In this document: one piece after another, positions 61,380 to 64,000 of the stretch
How positions within the stretch are numbered: the stretch's first letter is position 1
How the letters are laid out: each line of letters opens with the position of its first letter
Assembly (NCBI RefSeq): GCF_020745735.1
Contig: NC_083420.1
Span: forward strand, 73,254,237 to 73,318,236
Origin: Hemiscyllium ocellatum
Lineage: Eukaryota
Direction of reading: 5' to 3'
DNA length: 64,000 bases
Notes under the pieces: model-generated
Told to the model about the DNA's origin: nothing
The model's input: only the letters and a program-made list of their open reading frames with translations
Database searches by the model: none
Program-made: the position numbers and the translations under genes

Positions 61380-63640
61380 CTCCATTCTTTCTCCTTCAAA
61401 AAAACAGTTAGTAGGCTAAACACATATATACACTATATTATCTGCCTCCTGACCTTTTTCAACAAGTGGGTGAGTGGAGGAACCACATTGCTAAAGTTTG
61501 GCACAAACATTCCATAAAATACCTCAACCCCTGAAATAGTAGCACTTTTTGTCGATGTTATGGGAAATTTCCCAATTACTTTTGCTTTTCCGACCCGTGA
61601 AGCCAATTGTCCATGTCCAATAACATGGCCCAGGATGGTGAATTGTGCTTTGACAAATTCACTCTTAGCTAGATATACCACCATGTCTGCCTTCTGAAGT
61701 CACACGAACAAGTGTGATAAATGCCATAAATGTTCCCTCCATGTGTGATTAATAATCACCAGGTCATCAATATTCTACACACAGTTGTGTAATCCTGAAA
61801 TGACCTTATTAGTCAGTCTGTGAAATGTAACTGAAGCATTTTATGCCAAATGTCATGACTTTGAAGTGATATAATCCATTCGGCTTTACTAAAGTTGAAA
61901 TTGCCTTTTCTCTCTCTCACAGTGGTACTTGCCAGTGGCCTCAGAGCAAGTCCAACTTCGAAATGTAAGTTGCTTGTCCTACTTTTTCGACACAGTTCTA
62001 CAACAGTGAAATTGGATATGCATCAGTCTTTGTAACGCGTTGATTTTGCAACAGTTGACACATGGCCATTGGGTACCATCTGGCATTGGCAACATGACTG
62101 TGGGTGAGCTCTTTCACGACAAATCACATCGAATATGCCATCTTGGAGCATGCACTCTGTCTCCTTCTGACATTGTGCCAACTTTAGAGAGGTATGCATG
62201 TAAGGATATTGCTTAATCGGAGCAGTATCTCCTATAGCTACATCATGCAAAATTAGGTTATTGCTTCTTAGTTTATTTCTGCATATCTCCCCATGTGATA
62301 GTAATAGCTCTTTCAGATCATTTCGATTTTCTTTTGGAAGGAAACTCAATAATGCATCCCAATTTTTGACAACTTCTAGATTGTCCAATTGATTTGAGCA
62401 ATGTCCAATTCAAACTCCACTGAATTTGGCTCTTCCTTCTGTGCTGTAATCATTAACATCTTCTCATCTTGTTTTTCTTTCCTATCACAATGCCTTTGGA
62501 GCATATTCACCTGGCACGCTCTGTGAGATTTCTTCCTGTCTGGAGTCTTTTTCAAGTAGTTCAACCTCACACGTTGTGTTCTCAATGGGATTTAACACGA
62601 ATCCCTTATCCCCAGTTGCAAATTTGCGAATCTGTGATTTCTGATCCACTTCATTTTTCACTGTATGCAGTGATACTTTTAAATGCTGTCTCGTCAACTC
62701 TCCAGCTCGATTTAATCGTTCCTAAAATTTGGCACATGCTCCAAATGCGTGGCCTCTGAATTCTGACTAATTATTTTCACCTTAATCAATTTTAAGGTCC
62801 CATTACTTCATGCCTAAAAAATAATTCAAATGGACTGAATTTGGTCGATTCGTTCCGTACAAGTCTGATCACAAAAAAGTACAAACGGAGCCCCCTTATC
62901 CCAATCATCTGGATAATCCTAACCATAAGCCCTCAACATAGACTTTAATATTTGATGTCATCTCTCTAAGACTCCCTGCAATTCCGGATCGTATGCATTG
63001 TATTTGAATTGCTTTATCCTCAAGTTATCCATAACCTCCTTGAAAAGGTTTGATGTGAAGTTTTATCCTTGATCTGAATGAATCTTTATTGGCAAACCGT
63101 ATCCAGTTAAAATACAAATTCAGTAGTTCTTCTACAACCCTTATAGCTGAGCTATTGCAGAATGGGATTACCTCTGGAATTTTAGTCGATGCATCCATTA
63201 TTGTTAATAAATACTTATTCTCACATTTTGCTTGAGGTAGGGGACTGACGTAATCAATCAAGACTCAAGTGATAGAGAAGGCATTAAAGGTGCAGGTTTT
63301 ATTACTGCCTGTGGTTTTCAGGTTAGCTGATATGTACGATTAATCTGGCAAAATTCAACTACATCCCTGTGTAGTCCAGGGCAGTAAAAATACATTTGCA
63401 TTTTAGACGGTGGTTTCCTCACTTCTAAATGATCTCGGTAACTCATGCAAAACTCGCAGCACCTCCTTTCTCTACATTACATACAAAACAATTGGATGAT
63501 TGTCTGCTCATTTCTCATCTGCTTGAATGTATTATGGTCTCCATTCCCTCGTTAAGACATCATTTATTAAGTAATGACACATCGGAACGCATTGACATTC
63601 TGTCTTTGTAAATGCCTTTCAATAACTATTTAAATTCATC
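61380..63640 (-). mobile_element. Gmr1-like Gypsy pol remnant (integrase upstream of RT)
   Basis: IDYVSPLP..KYLLTIMD..PEVIP (63025-63261, integrase core), then PIKQYPY..MLQDGI (62023-62388) and LAKSEF..ILGHVIG (61433-61684, RT). Confidence 0.82.
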
Positions 63641-63760
63641 TTTCTCCTGTAATTCAGTTAGCTTTGTAGAGCTAAACATATTGGCCTGTTTGCCTATTTC
63701 TTCCTTCTCTGTTCCACTTATCTGATCGAAACAAGTTTCGGATAAAATGTTAAGATAAAA

Positions 63761-63893
63761 TGCTGGAATATCTCAGCAGGCCTGGCAGCATCTGTAAGGA
63801 GAGAAAAGAGCTGACAAAGTGTTAATCAGACTCGAAACGTCAGCTCTTTTCTTTCCTTACTGATGCTGCCAGATCTGCTGAGAATTTCCAGCA
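63761..63893. repeat. 55-bp inverted repeat formed by two opposed Penelope-like termini
   Basis: 63761-63815 versus the reverse complement of 63839-63893: 49/55 identical by hand count; 23-nt loop ending GACTCGAAAC. Confidence 0.85.
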
Positions 63894-64000
63894 TTCTCTC
63901 TTTTGGTTTCAGATTCCAGCATCCGCAGTAATTTGCTTTATTCAGATAAAATATGTCAGCTTCCTTATCTCTGCCATTTGATCCATCCTGCTTCAAATTG

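Overview
Eukaryotic, cartilaginous-fish (shark-type) genomic DNA, dominated by retroelements. The taxon is inferred from the cluster-type IgM locus, HE1-like SINEs and shark-type CR1/Penelope repeats. The main host feature is one decayed immunoglobulin mu heavy-chain cluster on the minus strand, spanning about 20.1-43.0 kb: VH(+D) 42698-42991, JH 42270-42316, CH1 39186-39484, CH2 26723-27039, CH3 24467-24760, CH4 plus secretory tail 21905-22295 and TM1 about 20095-20187. The VH runs directly into a 12-bp-spacer RSS only about 380 bp from JH, the signature of a germline-joined VD(D)-J gene. A degenerate C2H2 zinc-finger pseudogene lies at 51928-52560 (-). Most of the rest is nested CR1 LINEs, L1-Tx1, Penelope-like elements with hammerhead-ribozyme-like cores, Gypsy/Gmr1-like LTR remnants and SINEs. 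The standout element is a young, nearly intact full-length CR1 (52661-59022, +) bounded by a 5-bp target-site duplication, whose 5' end is nine near-identical 253/263-bp tandem monomers. No CRISPR array, rRNA or true tRNA gene is supported. Boundaries of old repeats are approximate (tens of bp), and no database search was run.
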